The notes beneath the pieces are model-generated. The model did not search any database, was not told the origin of the DNA, and worked only from the letters and a program-made list of their open reading frames with translations. Positions 63,939 to 64,000 of a DNA stretch of 64,000 nt are shown piece by piece. How positions within the stretch are numbered: the stretch's first letter is position 1; every line of letters begins with the position of its first letter. The position numbers and the translations under genes were made by a program. This stretch comes from an uncultured Gammaproteobacteria bacterium (lineage in GTDB: Bacteria > Patescibacteriota > Microgenomatia > PFEM01 > DATLAM01): positions 72,647-136,646 of the forward strand of contig CAZMIZ010000002.1 of NCBI GenBank assembly GCA_964566925.1, read 5' to 3'.

Positions 63939-64000
63939 ATTTAGTTCAAACGCCTGAACGTCTCTCTTTCTCTTTTTGCCTTTCTTAAATCCGTCCCACG

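Larger units (their letters stand above)
37355..64000. mobile_element. Putative integrated conjugative/mobilisable element (partial; right end beyond the window) inserted next to tRNA-Glu(TTC)
   Basis: tRNA-Glu abuts a convergent large serine recombinase. Cargo includes a T4CP, a Replic_Relax protein, Fic, DUF2958, nuclease/RM operons, a T4SS block (pilin, VirB6, VirB4, M23) and a DGR RT. Base composition is strongly heterogeneous: T4SS about 50% GC, defence operons about 32% GC. No tRNA-Glu 3' direct repeat was found inside the window. Confidence 0.4.

Noticed and set aside
63939-64000. Calling the last 62 nt the DGR template repeat
   Set aside because: The position is right for a TR, but with no second copy visible in the window there is no evidence. 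Left as a check.

Overview
This 64 kb window reads as one contiguous piece of a small, AT-leaning bacterial chromosome. Several features fit Candidate Phyla Radiation/Patescibacteria: an archaeal-type bifunctional PGI/PMI, a DRG-like TGS GTPase, tRNA-Arg(TCG), a minimal type IV secretion system (T4SS), many ORFans and 4-nt start/stop-coupled operons. That lineage assignment is inference, not a database result.

Positions 1-37.3 kb are mostly housekeeping:
- nucleotide metabolism: a GTP cyclohydrolase II-like gene, guanylate kinase, and a canonical pyrE-pyrF pair plus two extra type-2 OMP-decarboxylase-like paralogs;
- two paralogous GH73-like peptidoglycan hydrolases flanking a SAM methyltransferase;
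- a polycistronic array of 11 tRNA genes on the minus strand (10.96-11.98 kb) whose 3' trailers carry repeated hairpin modules;
- a GC-rich ORFan islet (12.1-13.6 kb);
- secG, a holin-family membrane protein, a transglutaminase-like protein, lexA, two MgtE-domain half-transporters, DedA and rsmI;
- a minus-strand lower-glycolysis/acetate operon (pgm/pmm, pgi/pmi, ppsA, eno, gpmI, acs);
- a holA-like gene, ruvC and two GIY-YIG genes.

From tRNA-Glu(TTC) at 37.36 kb to the right edge the content is accessory and mobile:
- a large serine recombinase whose 3' end overlaps the tRNA;
- a T4SS coupling protein, a Replic_Relax protein, and Fic plus DUF2958;
- a Shedu-like PD-(D/E)xK nuclease operon;
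- a translationally coupled five-gene operon led by a Type IIG restriction-modification enzyme, followed by an AlbA_2/Schlafen-like protein, a 1194-aa giant protein, a Cas4-like nuclease and a membrane protein. This is the best candidate for an undescribed defence system;
- a GC-rich minimal T4SS: pilin, a pilin-VirB6 fusion, a VirB3-like protein, a split VirB4 and an M23 hydrolase;
- a DGR-type reverse transcriptase at the window edge.

No rRNA genes or CRISPR arrays were seen. All calls rest on reading the sequence and on motif recognition; no searches were run.
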